Positions 33,933 to 46,799 of a stretch of DNA of 49,706 nt are shown piece after piece; the stretch's first letter is position 1; each line of letters begins with the position of its first letter. Both the position numbers and the translations under genes were made by a program. Below the pieces are notes generated by a model. That model made no database searches and was not told where the DNA came from. It worked only from the letters and a program-made list of their open reading frames with translations. Source of the DNA: Pelomyxa schiedti. Taxonomy: Eukaryota; Protista; Evosea. The DNA is taken from assembly GCA_020536535.1 (NCBI GenBank), contig JAHLWZ010000912.1, forward strand, positions 1 to 49,706. Direction: 5' to 3'.

Positions 33933-35687
33933 ATGGCCAACGGGCTTGCGTTGGGCTTGGTTGCGTGTGTGGTTATTGTTGGGGTAGCCTCACTGTGCTA
34001 CGACGAACTGCCCGCCGCCATTGATGAGATCTTTGACGACTGTGGGGCTGAGTGCGACCGGGAGCGATGGGGTGTTTTGGCACAAATAGCTGGCCCCACA
34101 ACTCTGTACAGCCTCGACGCAGACAATGTTGCCTTTTTTTTTTTTTTTACTCTTTATTTCCTTCTTTGTTTCCCCAACTAACTCACACACAAAACAACAA
34201 AACAACCCACAACAAATTGTTTGTTGTAGTACTTCGTCCCTGCATCGAATAATAAGCTCTTGACATGTGGTGCACTGTGGAGCTCGGTTGGGGGTGACTT
34301 TGCGTACAGAACTCCTTTGTACTACTCACCAGATGAACAAGCACTCTGTCTCGTTGGTTTCTTCCCTGTCTCTTTATCGTGCTCTTATTTGAAAGTTCAG
34401 GCAGTGGGGACCCCACAATAACGACGGAAGCTCTTCAGTCTATGACCTCTTTTGTGGCAAGCCAGTTTGGCCTCCTTGTCATTTTATACCCTAAAAACTC
34501 TCCAGGGGCATTTCTCCTGTTAAATTAAAGGTTGATCCATCTATATTCGCGCCGTACGCGTATTTCTTCTCCTGGGAATGGGAAGACATGTCTGCCGATT
34601 ATGGAGCCCTTCCTGTTTCACTCATTGTCAACGGCAACACAATTGAAATTAAGGTGATTGGCGGGGATACTGAAGGGTCTCCAGCACAAGTTTTTTTTAC
34701 CGACTCGGCAGAGGAAAACTTGACGGAGGTTACATTTGTTAAATTACTTTAATGTATTTCACAGTTTTTTTCCTTTCAAAGTATTCTAAATCGCACAACA
34801 GGTTGTAAACTTAGTTCAAACTGTGGGGTATTCACACGCAGTCCCCCTAGGTGTATGGGGATCATATAAGCTCGGTACAAATATTCTGCAAATTGTAGGG
34901 TTTGTGGAACCTCGCACCACACACGTTATAGCAGTTTCAGCATTGCCTCCAGAGGAACACTTTTTAGGCCTCTTATCAAATTTGATGAAACAATCGGGAG
35001 TATGCTCATTGCAAATTTGAATAAAAGCTGAAAATTTGAAGGTTTCCATAACTGGACAAGAACTTGAGGCATGTAATCCAGATGGCAATCCCTCCTGGAT
35101 TAAACTTTATGATATCGTATCTGTACCACTGGCCACAATTATGAACGATACCCTTCAAAATTCTGTTAATATTAATGCTGAGTGCTTTCTTAACACATAT
35201 GGGGCAATGTACGCACCAAATTCATCCGCAACAGATGCTGTTAAATCGAAGCTGGAGACTCTGTCAGTGGATCCCAGTGGTTTGTTCTTCCTGCAGTGAA
35301 TTGTGAAATAACAAACAACAAGGTTTCCACCAAACAGATGGCTCTGGCCTCAGTAAAAATAACCTAGTGTCACCAGAATCACTTGCCCAACTCCTATGGG
35401 CACTATCCAAAGACCAGGAATTCATAAGTATGCTCCCTGTAGCAGGGGTTTCAGGCACACTACAGGACAGGTTTATTGGCACTCCAGCAGAGGGGGTGGT
35501 TCACGCCAAAACTGGAACAGTGACTGGTGTATCAGCATTGAGTGGCTATGTGATAGGAGGTGGAGATGGTGATGGTGAGATGGTTGTGTTTAGTGTTATT
35601 GTGAATCACTCAGCCCGCACCACTGATGAGCAGCATGAAACCATGGACCAAATTGTAGTTTTGTTTGCAGAAATGGTTCCATGTTGA
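33933..35687 (+). CDS. dacB: D-alanyl-D-alanine carboxypeptidase/endopeptidase (PBP4/DacB, peptidase S13), secreted
   Basis: Signal peptide. All three penicillin-binding motifs: SxxK (PASNNKLLT), SxN (NSVNINAE), KTG (HAKTGTVTGVSALSGYV). Also GSGDPT and DGSGLSKNN. Several introns. Confidence 0.9.
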
Positions 35688-35800
35688 AGGAACGTTAGAA
35701 AACAAGGATAAAAAAGGCACTTTTTCTATTTTCTTTCGTTTTCTTGTAGTTTACTTTTTTCTGTGTGTGTCACCACACACAGGGCACCAAACAACACCAA

Positions 35801-37167
35801 TCACATAACCTGCAACTTTCTATCCTCCCAGCCAACAAGGTGCTTGTGATCCTCAAAAAGTCTGGTTATCTCAGCAACGAACCTCGTGTGTACTTCGGCG
35901 ACTTGTTGGTCTGTTGGTGATGGTATGTGTGGAACTTTCAGTGGCCGGCCAACTACTTCAATTACGCGGGCTGGGAACGGAATCGGGAGACCGTAGCGGC
36001 CCCAACACAGAGGTATACTCACACGCAGCTTACGGGATAGCCATGTTAGAAATGGTGAATCAAGCTGGTGCAAAACCTAGGGGGTGTGATCAAAAGGCAA
36101 ATGGTGAAGTTGCGGAATGACCTGGGAGTTCCCAAAGTGATAGCATGGTAATAGGTCACAGCCGTGCACCATGGCTAGCTTAACAAAACCTGTGCGAGAT
36201 GCGAGGAAGACTCTCTCCACTTTGTGTGATGTCAACATTAGCTCGGCAATCCCCCCTGGAATTACACAGACATGTCTGCCAGCCTTCAGCTCATTTCCAA
36301 GTGTTTTCCAGTCGGCGCGCACCACTCCCAGCCAACCAAAAATATGTCTCCATAAAGGTAATCTCACAACCACATCAGCGGCCGCTCCTGCAAATGGACG
36401 ACCCCCAAAGGCAAGGGTATCCAGGCTCTCCCTGTAGACCAAGTTGGTGGCCATAAACAGTCCAACAGGAAATATCCCATGAGGCACTTCAGGGATTACA
36501 TACGGCTATTGGAAGATTATGAAATAAGTTGGGAGGGAAAAAAGAAAAAAGCCTCACCTTGTCGGATTTTAGGGCCGAAACATCTTCAATCACCAAAGAG
36601 AACCTGAAATATGCACACCACAACCTGAATATCGGATTTGCGCAAAAAGCCCGCCACTGCTTCACCTTTCTTGGGAATATAGTAAGCAGCACAAAACAGC
36701 ACAGTACTGCTGTCCACATCCACCTACAATATCCCAGCACCCTAGGGAAAGGGGGGGGGAAAAAAAAAAAAAACCCAAGTTGTCAATACAACGCAACCAC
36801 CTTCAGGGGAGAGAGAATTATGGTGCCAAGACAACACAACGAAAATCACAAACGGGGTGTGGGGTGCACAGTGTGTTTGGCGCAAACAAGTCAGAATCCG
36901 AGTCCTAATCAACAACCACACGCACAAGCAAGCGACGGCGACGACAGGCAGGAAGGGGACCCACGCCAGCACCATCCCGAACACCACCATCGTGCCACAC
37001 GCCCCGAGGGTGACGTACCACCGCGGGAGCCGGTCTCCCTGCCCCCCGCGAGCAACCCCGTGCCCGTACACCACAACCCCCGCGGCCGCCGCCGCCGTCG
37101 CTGATCCGTCGCCTTCGTTCTCGTTGTGCTCCTGCTGCTGGAGCCTGTTGGTTGGGGAGCCCGACAT
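35801..37167 (-). CDS. Diacylglycerol/monoacylglycerol O-acyltransferase 2 (DGAT2 family)
   Basis: N-terminal TM, AYFRF, PHGIFP, VIPGGIAE, RTGFVKLAM..GCDLLPCYHFG, VVGRPL. Confidence 0.88.
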
Positions 37168-37354
37168 CTCGCGAACGAACGGTCAGAAACGGTGCCCTGG
37201 GTTTGGCTCCGGCGTCTGTCTGGGCTGTGGAATTTTTGCTGGGAGGTTCAACTCGCTTCTTTTGGTTGGTGCGAGGATGCCCAGTGACACACCGTCGCGG
37301 GGGTGGAATTGCAGATCAGATCGAGTGTAAAACCGGGAAAAAAAAAAACAGGTG

Positions 37355-40300
37355 ATGGCGGCTGTGACACCAAGTGGGGGGATGAAGGCAGTGGAACTGC
37401 ACAAGTAAGCCCCCTGTCGAGGCGGCTTTGTTTTGATTGTTTGTTTGTTTTTGCCAATTTGTGTTGATCATTTTGCAAGTGTTGAAGAGCCCAGGACATA
37501 CTTCGAGGCAGTTAGCAGTAGCTTGTACTCGTACTTGTCGGCGTCGTCGCTTCTTGGGGGTGTGACTGGCGCCAGCGGGGCGAGCTCCGCCGCGTCCGCG
37601 AGTGGGGCGCCGTCGTCAATTATGGGAGGGGGCGGCAGTGCTACCTCAGGGGGCACGACAACCTCATTGAGCGCAGTGAGGCCTAAATCTTCGTCTGACG
37701 TGGATGTTGTGCTGTCATGTCATTTCGATGTGTGTCCGGATGGATGCCTTGCTTCATCGTATACACCCCACTCCCTTTTTCTTTCTTTAACATTATGGGA
37801 GGCTGTGGTTGTTGTCATCGTAGTTATAATTATTATTGTTTGGGGATTTAAAATCCTTTTCTGATTGTATAAGGTTGACTCGTACTCAGGCATCTTTGTC
37901 TCATTATAATGTACACTACTGGATTTCAAGTGTGGGATATAGATAATTTGAGTAATATTCAAGAACTCTTCTCCAAAAGAGAGGCAGCCATAAAATGTGC
38001 TAAGGTGCATTTTTCACATGGCTTTACTTTCCTTTTTTTTCACATTTGCCTTCAGTTTTTGCCTAGTCCAAAAGAAACTGAGACTGTTCAATCTCCTTTC
38101 TTCCAATCGAGGCCATTGCTGGCTTTAGTGTATTTCTTCTCTCTCTGCTTCCTTTTCTCACTCATTTAGTGCAGGGGAGAATACTCAAAATATCTCAAAA
38201 AATAAGCTGCGAATTTTCTCTCTGAAACAAAATGATGTTGTGAATGTTATTACTTTTAATTCCGATATTTATAATTTGTACCCTTCATCTCGGATATTCC
38301 TTGTGGTACCTCTAAACATCGAAATAACGCAAAGTAATATCACATAGGCGTTAAAAGATCGTATATTTGGATTTAATCCCTGCTCATTGGAAAAAGAATT
38401 TACATTGGAGACTTATCCGAGCCCATTCCTTGATCAAGTAGTCGCCCTGTCGTCACGCTGGTTAGCGTGAGTGTTAACCTCTCTGAAGATGCCATCTAAT
38501 ATAATCCAGGTTTGCTGGCAATTCACCAGTTCAATACGAGGTGAAGCCAGATAAAGGTACTCTTGTGAGAGTTGCAAGGGAAGTTGTTCGTGGTGCCTCC
38601 TTCTTGGGTCTGTCGTTCATGTGTTCTTGATACCAATTAACCGTGAGCAGGCGACTTGGCAGGTAAATCGGCTTCGTCTCTCTTGGGATATACACCAACT
38701 GAAAACACGGATTCAATACAGTCATTTGTTGAGGTTGCTGCCTCCACAGCAAACGAGCATGCGGGTTCAGTATGACTGCCTGGAAATGGCATCCCTATAA
38801 TGATTTTTCAGGTCATAGTCCATGATGTTTGTGCACGTCGAACAATTTCTCAGTTTTATGCTCATGCCCTTCCCTTGGCTGTTCTAACTTGGGATCTCAG
38901 TGGGACATTGGTACGAAACTGTAACTTCATCCGTTTTCCCATAAAACTACAGCTTGTTACCGCTGATATAGAGTGTCGATCGTTTCATGTATATAAATTC
39001 AGTAGGTCAAGTGCAGAAATTTCCAAACCTCAGTTTATGTATTTGCCATTGTCTCAAGTTGGCAGTTTTTACTCAAATATCCCCCAGTTACACCTTACGT
39101 CGTGGGGTCACGGCTGCGGTTGTTCAGGTTCATTTCTCTGCGTTTCAATATATTGTCACCTCTTCTTCAGGATATTAGTTTCAGTCCAGATGGCAGATGG
39201 GTTTCCGCCAGTTCAACACATGGCACTTCACGTACTTTTTTTTCTTTTATTATTTTTTTTTTTTCCAACAGGGAAAAAAAGATATTTTTGGAGTATATCC
39301 TGCAGGTGGGCCGGTGAATGTCTATACACATGTACCTGAGCACGTTTCCAATAGACCCCCTGATACCCTGGGATATGCCAATACATTTAAAGTAAAATTG
39401 GAACTTATGCTCCATTTTGATTTTTTGAAATTATGCAGGTTCCTCATGTAGAAGTGGGCTCTCTATCCAAAATTAGGCATATATCTGGCCGTCCCCAACC
39501 AGAGATGGCTGCTCGAGTTAGTTGCTTCCTGTGTTGCTATCTATTCACCTTTCACATAGGTTAAGTTTCTTCACACCGACTATACCCCCAAATCTGGACG
39601 TCCTATCACATCTAAGAGTGTGAGTGTTCTTGTATCAACAGATGGTATCTTATCTCTACTTGTGCTGAACCCTCATGGCCCAAATTGTAGAAATCTCACT
39701 GCTTTTTTTCCCCTGCCAATAATTATGAATAGCACCAGACATAGAAAAATCACAACTGGAGTTATCTTTAACTAGAGTCACGCAATGGGATGTATGCAGG
39801 AAGGCTTCTGCACCAGATTATGTATCCCCGTCCTTCCAAACTGTGTCACCAAGTATACCACGTGATGCAATGTAATTCCCCATCCACATTTAATGAAACT
39901 GTAAGTAATTTTATTATAGTTGGCTCAGTAATATTGAAATTACTTGCCATTCCGATATCTTCAAGTTTACGTGGGCCATTCCTAAGTACACATTTTGTAC
40001 CTTCAAGTCCACTGTATGGAACCCATATGGTAGGAACGACTTAAACATTAACAGGACAGCTGTGATGAATCGACACCAAATGACCCTGTTGTTGTCATTC
40101 GGGAAACTCCGGCAGCTTTCCACGAAGGGTTTGCATTCCCAGAATTTTGAGGCAGTTGTAACCTTGGGCAAGACCCGAATCCGTTCATTTGTTTTTTCCT
40201 AAAGTAACGGGGAAGATTCCATCCACTTCCAACACTATCGACTTGCGAGGTTCTTTCACTCTGTTCTATTACTTAGTTTTCCACTGATGCCTCCGCCATA

Positions 40301-40627
40301 TTATTAGGAACTATACAAGCAGCACTTCAATCGAGCGTACTTAAGTCCCAATTGGGTAAAACCATTTCCATTTTCCCTCTCGTATTGATTCCTTCTTACC
40401 CAGATGAATCGCGGCAAAACGCAGCACCTCCAAACACACTCAACACCATTCCCGTTGACCCAGACTCAACACCACCCTTTGCTTTCACTTCCAATTCCAC
40501 ACCCACAAGTACTCAAATCCCACCACCAACGGCCACGCACATAACAAAGCAAACAACACCAACAACTAGCACTAGCACCACAGTATCCCTGCTCTCTACA
40601 GAGGGGTGGTCCACTGTAAATTTGTAG
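37355..40627 (+). CDS. BCAS3/ATG18-like WD40 phosphoinositide-binding autophagy protein
   Basis: GFQVWDI, ALSSRWLA, ISQFYAHALPLAVLTWDLSGTL|LVTAD, YTLRRGVT (L/FRRG), DISFSPDGRWVSASSTHGTSH, WLSNIEITCH (BCAS3-type). Many introns. Confidence 0.8.
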
Positions 40628-40711
40628 CAAAACAAAATCAAAAATCAGAAATTCTGATTGATTGGCAGCGTTTTTGTCTTTCCAGATCCGAAATGATTCG
40701 GCCACCGAAAA

Positions 40712-43038
40712 ATGTTTAAGAAAGCACACGCGGTACGCAAGCGGCGTTGTTGTCGTTGTTGTGGGAGATCTCACTGTGGGTTTTAGGTGGACAAGAAGCT
40801 CCTTTTGTCTTCATCCGAGTCACGAAAATTACGGCAGCAGATCTCCACGCAGTTCGCACGTGCAACGCAAGCAGATGTGACTGATTTGTTACCACCAAAG
40901 ACACCCATTACCAAGGTACATAGTCCCCCCCCATTAATGTAATGATGGGTTTCTCACATTTTTGTTTCCCTGAAGGTGTTCATTACAACGTTTACTGGGA
41001 AGACGGGGAGAGTGTATTTTGTAGCCGGGGACCCACTCTTTTTTTCTATTGAAGAGTCGGAAAAACTATACCCAACAGGTAAGCTTCACATCAATTAGTG
41101 AAAACCTCATTGTCACAGTGTACTCACTGTGGCGTGCACCACATTTAGTGGAAACCATAAGTGTCTTTCCCAAAGTGTTGGATTTTGTTCAAAATGGGGC
41201 AGGTAATGCAAACCTATTAAAACCTGAGCCTTTGGTATTGACTTATTTCAGATATAATGCTGCCTGGCGTAGCCTCTGGCTTTCATGATGAAAATAATCA
41301 TTTACTATCATGGAATCTCGGGGATACACGTTCTGTTATACTACATCCCTCATCCCCTGTTATGTGTGTGGGGACGTTGGTGTGCCAGAAGATCGATGTT
41401 GCTCAAAAAAGGGGCAAGTGCCTGCAAGTTCTTCACTCCTACAAGGACCACCTCTGGTTTGTGGGTACGATGTGAACGAAGAAATTAACGTCTTTAAAGG
41501 GCTACTGGATCGAAAACTGATGCTCCGGACCACCCATTGCGGGACACATCATCAACTAATCCACAATGCACATCACCTTCTACTAGCCCTGCCTTAGAAT
41601 CACCTGAGCGAGCGTGTTCCCCATTATCCACTTCAAGTCAGTCCTCCTTTGGAGAAGTGGACCAAGCAGACTTGGATAGTACAGAGCACACCACAAGTGC
41701 ATCACCGACCCCAACTGCGACTACCACAACAACAACCTCAACAAGTCCCACATGTAATTTAGATGAACAGGCCATCTCGTACATAGTTCTTTGTCTTGCA
41801 ACTCTCATACCCCCTCAGAATAATCACTATTGCTCTGTCGAAGGTTCCAGATGATTCTCTACCGATTTTGGCATCGAAATTCCATGCGACTTACCTCTCA
41901 TCCTCAATGTTTCTTCCTCTCCTCCCCTTTTTTTCTCTGATCAACATTTTCAGCCCCCCAGGTGTGACTCTTGACCTGACCAAAACTTCTTTCAAGAAGT
42001 TATCCCAACTTCTCAAGCACATGTGCACTAAAGGGTTTTTGTCCTTAATGACTGATCCTCATGGCACCCTGTTCATCATGGCTGTTGATAGAAGTAAACT
42101 CAAGTATCACTTCCAAATGCGGTACGAAGTTTCATCCTTAAACAGGGAAGTAGGAACCCCTCAAGTGGAGGAGGCCGCACCAAAGGAAGTGCAACCAATC
42201 GCGGAGCAAGTCTACACACTACCTTCCGCACTGTTAACTTGGTTTCATCAGTTTGGTTTGTCTGCCAGGTTTTTCCCATGGGATATTTTTCCTGATTAAA
42301 ATATGTGTACAGTAAGGTTGATCCAGTTCGTAAGTCTCAGATTCGGGATGCAATTAATGCCTGGATCTCACGGCAGCACAAAGTAAACCCCTTTTTACTG
42401 GATAATACTCACTCTGTCCAGGGAGAATCCCCACCATTCGTATTGGGCCCTGCCCTTGGTGCTGCTCTGTCAACAAATCCCCATACAGCAGTTGATTTAG
42501 ATGAACTCGAATCAATGCAAGCATTTGTATTTTACAACGCCGCATGGCTAATTTAACAAATCTGCAGGATACTTAAGAAGTTACAGCCTTGTGTGCTTAT
42601 TAATAGACCTGGCATTCCTGCTTCAAGAAGGCTCAGGTTGTTAATACCTTGTTAAAACGAAGAGTAACTCTAAGTAGTCCCGGGAAAATTAAGACCATCA
42701 CGATTTCAACAGCAAGGAGCAAAGGCTATAGATTCGTGACACTGGTCACCAATTTAGATGTTTGCGAACTACTTCTGTACTTATTATTCACATTAAAAAC
42801 AGTCATTTGGGTATGAACTTGAGGCACTCGTACCTACATTTCAAGCACACTTCGCCGCTAGTTGTGTAATCCAAGAAGCAGATGACGGCTCATCTGTGCT
42901 GTCCGTCCAAGGGAAAAACGTTAATGTAAGCTTAACAGAACTTCCAGACTTTAAAATAACTACAAACAGAAAATGGTGGAATTCCTGGTTGAACATTTAC
43001 GAATACCTCGCGACTCGATCACCATCAACAGTGAATGA
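40712..43038 (+). CDS. EIF2D: Eukaryotic translation initiation factor 2D (ligatin)
   Basis: MFKKAHA|VDKKLLLSSSESRKLR, PTVYSLW, NGADIMLPGV (PUA), DHLW, DLTKTSFKKLSQLL, and C-terminal SUI1 (RFVTLVTNL...AASC...SVQG). Confidence 0.85.
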
Positions 43039-43114
43039 GGGGTGCAAAATCCTACCATGGCCTCAGTTACCACACAAGTCCAATCTACCCCAACGCTACA
43101 GTACCTTGAACTTA

Positions 43115-45385
43115 CACCGGTGTGCAAATGACCGGAGAATTGAGCGTTCAAAATGACAGGTTGATGAGGCGTTTTTTGAAGATACCACCATCAAAAAATC
43201 GGAGTTTGGGGGGCTCTTTGCACTTGGCAGGGTTCGCGATTTTGCGGTTGGAACTTAGGGAGAGAAAACAGAAAAACAAAGAAAAATAACGGGTGTGTTG
43301 GTGACACCATGCTGGTGACGCATCGTGTCAATGTGTGTGGGTGTTGCGGAAGTACAACGTGGTGTTTATATACGGTGCATGTTACCTCAGGCATGCTTTT
43401 TTTTCTTTTTTTTTCCCTCTCCAAGTTTCCCACCTCACAACAGAGAGTTGGTGACATGACACCGTTGGCTGTGGGACTTCTATGGACCAAGCTGGAACTG
43501 CATGTACCTTCTCTGTTTTTCTTTTTCGCGTTCTTACATTTTAAAACCAGCTGGTGTTGGGGGGGACATTGCAGACACAGACAGGAACAGGGAGCTGAGC
43601 TGACAATCGAGCCCACAGTTATCCAATCACTCTCTACTTCATGCCACTGATCTTCCCTTTAGATGACCTAATCCAGAGGACCACATTCATTTCCCGCAGC
43701 TTGGCCACTGGTATATTTCTTATTTCTTCTTTTTCCCAGTTTCACCTTGTGTACTAGATGATGGACTTACCAACTGCTGAGATGACAGCTGAGGTCACCG
43801 TTCCTGTCCCTTTGCGTCGGCATACCACACTCAGGGCTATTAGATACAGACAGTGCATGCCAGGTCCTGGAAACATGTGGGCTCCTCCACCACATCCTTT
43901 CTGCATTTCCGCACCTTGTCACACTGGTATGTGTGGCTTCTTTTTTATTTCTTCAGTCTCACATACTTTATTTAGGTTGTGGGATTTCCGGCTGAGAATA
44001 GGATGTCACCAAGGTACTGTCTCCCTTTTTATAATCGCCCAACTCAGCAATAACAGTTACCTCCACTGCTGGAATGAGCATCACACCAGGCCAGACTTCC
44101 ACTCAACGACCCACATTCTCACTCTACTTCCCCACACCTCTCCCTCTATCCCACACTCCAATCCTGCTCTAAAGTGGGAAAAAAACGATACCAATTTGGA
44201 GAAGGTGGAGTTTAGATCCTTAATGTCTTTTTTTTTTTTTGCCTGAAGTCGAAAATTGACTTCAGGCCAGGGCACATCAGGGGAGAAGTGGACTCTGGCA
44301 TGTAGGAAGGTGCTGGAAATGCATCGAAGACGTTTGAATGCAGGAAAAAAAACCTGGGAGTGGGGGTGAGGCCATACTGGGGGGACACTGAAAGTGAAAA
44401 CCTGAGGAACGCGGAGCAGAGCTGCACACCATTCTCCTGAGCGGCGTCAGTCCAGGGTACCTATTATGTTTCAGTGGGGTGATGATGAAAAGGGAGAGGG
44501 GATTTACCATGGTACAAGTAGGACAAGGTGAAACGAGGAAAAGAAGAAACATACCAGCGGCCAAGCTGCTGGAAGTCAAAGGGCTCCAATGCCAGCACTC
44601 CCATACAGGTTGAGTGCGGGAAAGGATCTAGAGATTGGAGGTGAGTATATTGGGTAACTCAAAGAAGAAGAGGAATACCGCTGGAATGGAGCTGAGCTGC
44701 ACACACATTCTTCTGGGTGCGTGCTCGCTTCTGCCTTCAGGTCTCCCTGCTCCTGTCTGCCTCTCAACTAACATCTAAAACACCACCTGGTTATCAAATG
44801 TGAGAAGTCGAAAAAGAAAAACAGAGAAGATAAATGGAAACCCACCAGAGCACCAGCACCCCTGCATCATTATCTTCAAGGACCTGTGTTGATGTTGGAA
44901 TAAAAAAAAAACAAACTTAAATAGCAGGAGACAAAGTGAGAAACAAAAAAAATACTGACTGAGGTGTTTAAATTAAAGTAAATTACATTAATAAATAATA
45001 AGCATACCAATGGCGGAGCCCTTTCAGGAGGAGAAACTTGAAAATGGTGGTACGCTGCTGGGATTGAGAGGCCGAAACTGCGAAGTATGAGATGAAGAGC
45101 GAAAAGGCGTTAAGAAGGGATGTTGTAAATTGTGCAAGAGGGAAACTGGCAATAAGTGGGAGTGCATACATCCTCAAGCACTTGAAACGCCGGCATAGTG
45201 GACCCAAACCATAGATTTTTTGTTTTTTTTCCTTTTTCCTCCCCAACGCCAACCGCAAACAAACGACCCCTCCCAAGTGTAAAACCTCCTGCCCGCTCCA
45301 GTTTTTTGTACGCGGTTTTTCAAAATTTGGGGCTTTATGCCTGACGAAATGAAGGGATCATTCTCATCACATTTGCACACCGGTG
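43115..45385. mobile_element. Non-autonomous TIR DNA transposon (2271 bp), TA-flanked, Tc1/mariner-like ends
   Basis: Perfect 16-bp TIR CACCGGTGTGCAAATG at 43115-43130, with its reverse complement at 45370-45385. TA on both outer sides (43113-43114, 45386-45387). No transposase recognised inside. Confidence 0.75.
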
Positions 45386-45405
45386 TAGTCTCAAAAAACT
45401 GGCTG

Positions 45406-46095
45406 AAGTACGGTTCTAATCACTGATGGATTTCTGGGATTCGCGAATCTGTTGGGACCCTGGGAGATACAGGCGACACCGAGAACTGATTCTGGTGCCT
45501 TTAAGGCGGGAACGACACCATAGTGGCTCAGGCTAAAGCTAAAGTAATAAACAATAAACTCTTGTGTTTGTATTAGGGCTTCTTTCTCCCTTACTACACA
45601 ATTAAAACAACAACCATCAACACCCCAGCACACCTCACAGTGTGGTGGTCACTATCCAAACCCAATCTACCTCGGTGGGTGCCTGGAGGGAGTGTGGTGT
45701 CCCGTTTCACGTTCACCGACCGTGTTCATTCCACGAGCAAAAACCCCAAGTGACGGGCGTTGGTATGTCGGTGCCACCTTGTGGCGAGGTGACTTCGCGT
45801 CGCTGTAGTTCTAAGTACGGTTCGAATCACTGATGGATTTCTGGGAAAACTACCGCGAATCTGTTGGGACCCTGAGGGAGATCCAGGCGACACCTAGAAT
45901 TGATTCTAGCGCCTTTATAAGGCGGGAACAACACCATCGTAGTTGTAGCAAGCAAAAGCTAAAGTAATAAACAATAAACTCTTGTGTTTGTATTCGGGCT
46001 TCTTTCTCCCTTACTACACAAGTAAAACAACAACCATCAACACCTCAGCACACCTCACAGTGTGGTGGTCACTATCCAAACCCACTCTACCTCGG
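45406..46095. repeat. Diverged direct repeat, ~270-283 bp units (45406-45675 and 45813-46095)
   Basis: Both copies run from aagtacggttc..aatcactgatggatttctggg to ...ggtcactatccaaaccca.tctacctcgg, with small indels and a 137-bp spacer. Confidence 0.9.
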
Positions 46096-46799
46096 CACAC
46101 ACCTTCACATTTTTTTTCTTATTTGTATTTTTTGTAATTGCCACGTTGTTTGACCTCTGTGTTGTCTGTATTGCTTTGGAAACTGTTGTACAATGCTGTC
46201 CTTTCACTGTTGTCTGCACTGTTGGATTCATCGACTCTACAATGATGGCGTCTGTGATTCTTGGTGATTGTGGTTTCACTGTTGCCACGATTGTTGCCAC
46301 GACAGTAGCCAACGGTGCCGGCCATTTCCGTCGATCGTCGCCGACATTGTCACCAATCGTCGCCAACATATTCTGCCTCCTTTTTTTTTTCGTGACTGTG
46401 ATCCTTTGCTTTGATTATCCCGCTCTTGATTGGCTTTGTTGTTAGTTGCTTGTCACCACTTTCGCGGACTCTGTGATAATCTATCATTGTATATATGTCG
46501 AGGAGAAGAAACAGTAGGACTATAAGTAAGACAAACCCTAAGGAGGTTCAGATACCAGGTAATTATTTTTACTACTATGTCCTTCAAATAATGACTGCAG
46601 TCGACCCTGAACCTGTTAATCCAAGATGTTTTCACTGCACCCACCCAGTGCAAGTGTAAAAAAGAAAAATCTGCAAGGTTTTTCCCTGTCTCTTCAAAAA
46701 ACCTAACATATCAACAGCTACCTGGTGAACCAACTGGGAGATATTCATGGTATGCAGAATGTCGTTGTAGTGGTCACTGCCGGAACCCATGTTTAGGTA

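Noticed and set aside
45406-45500. tRNA or snoRNA within the duplicated unit
   Set aside because: No cloverleaf, A/B boxes or canonical C/D boxes discernible.
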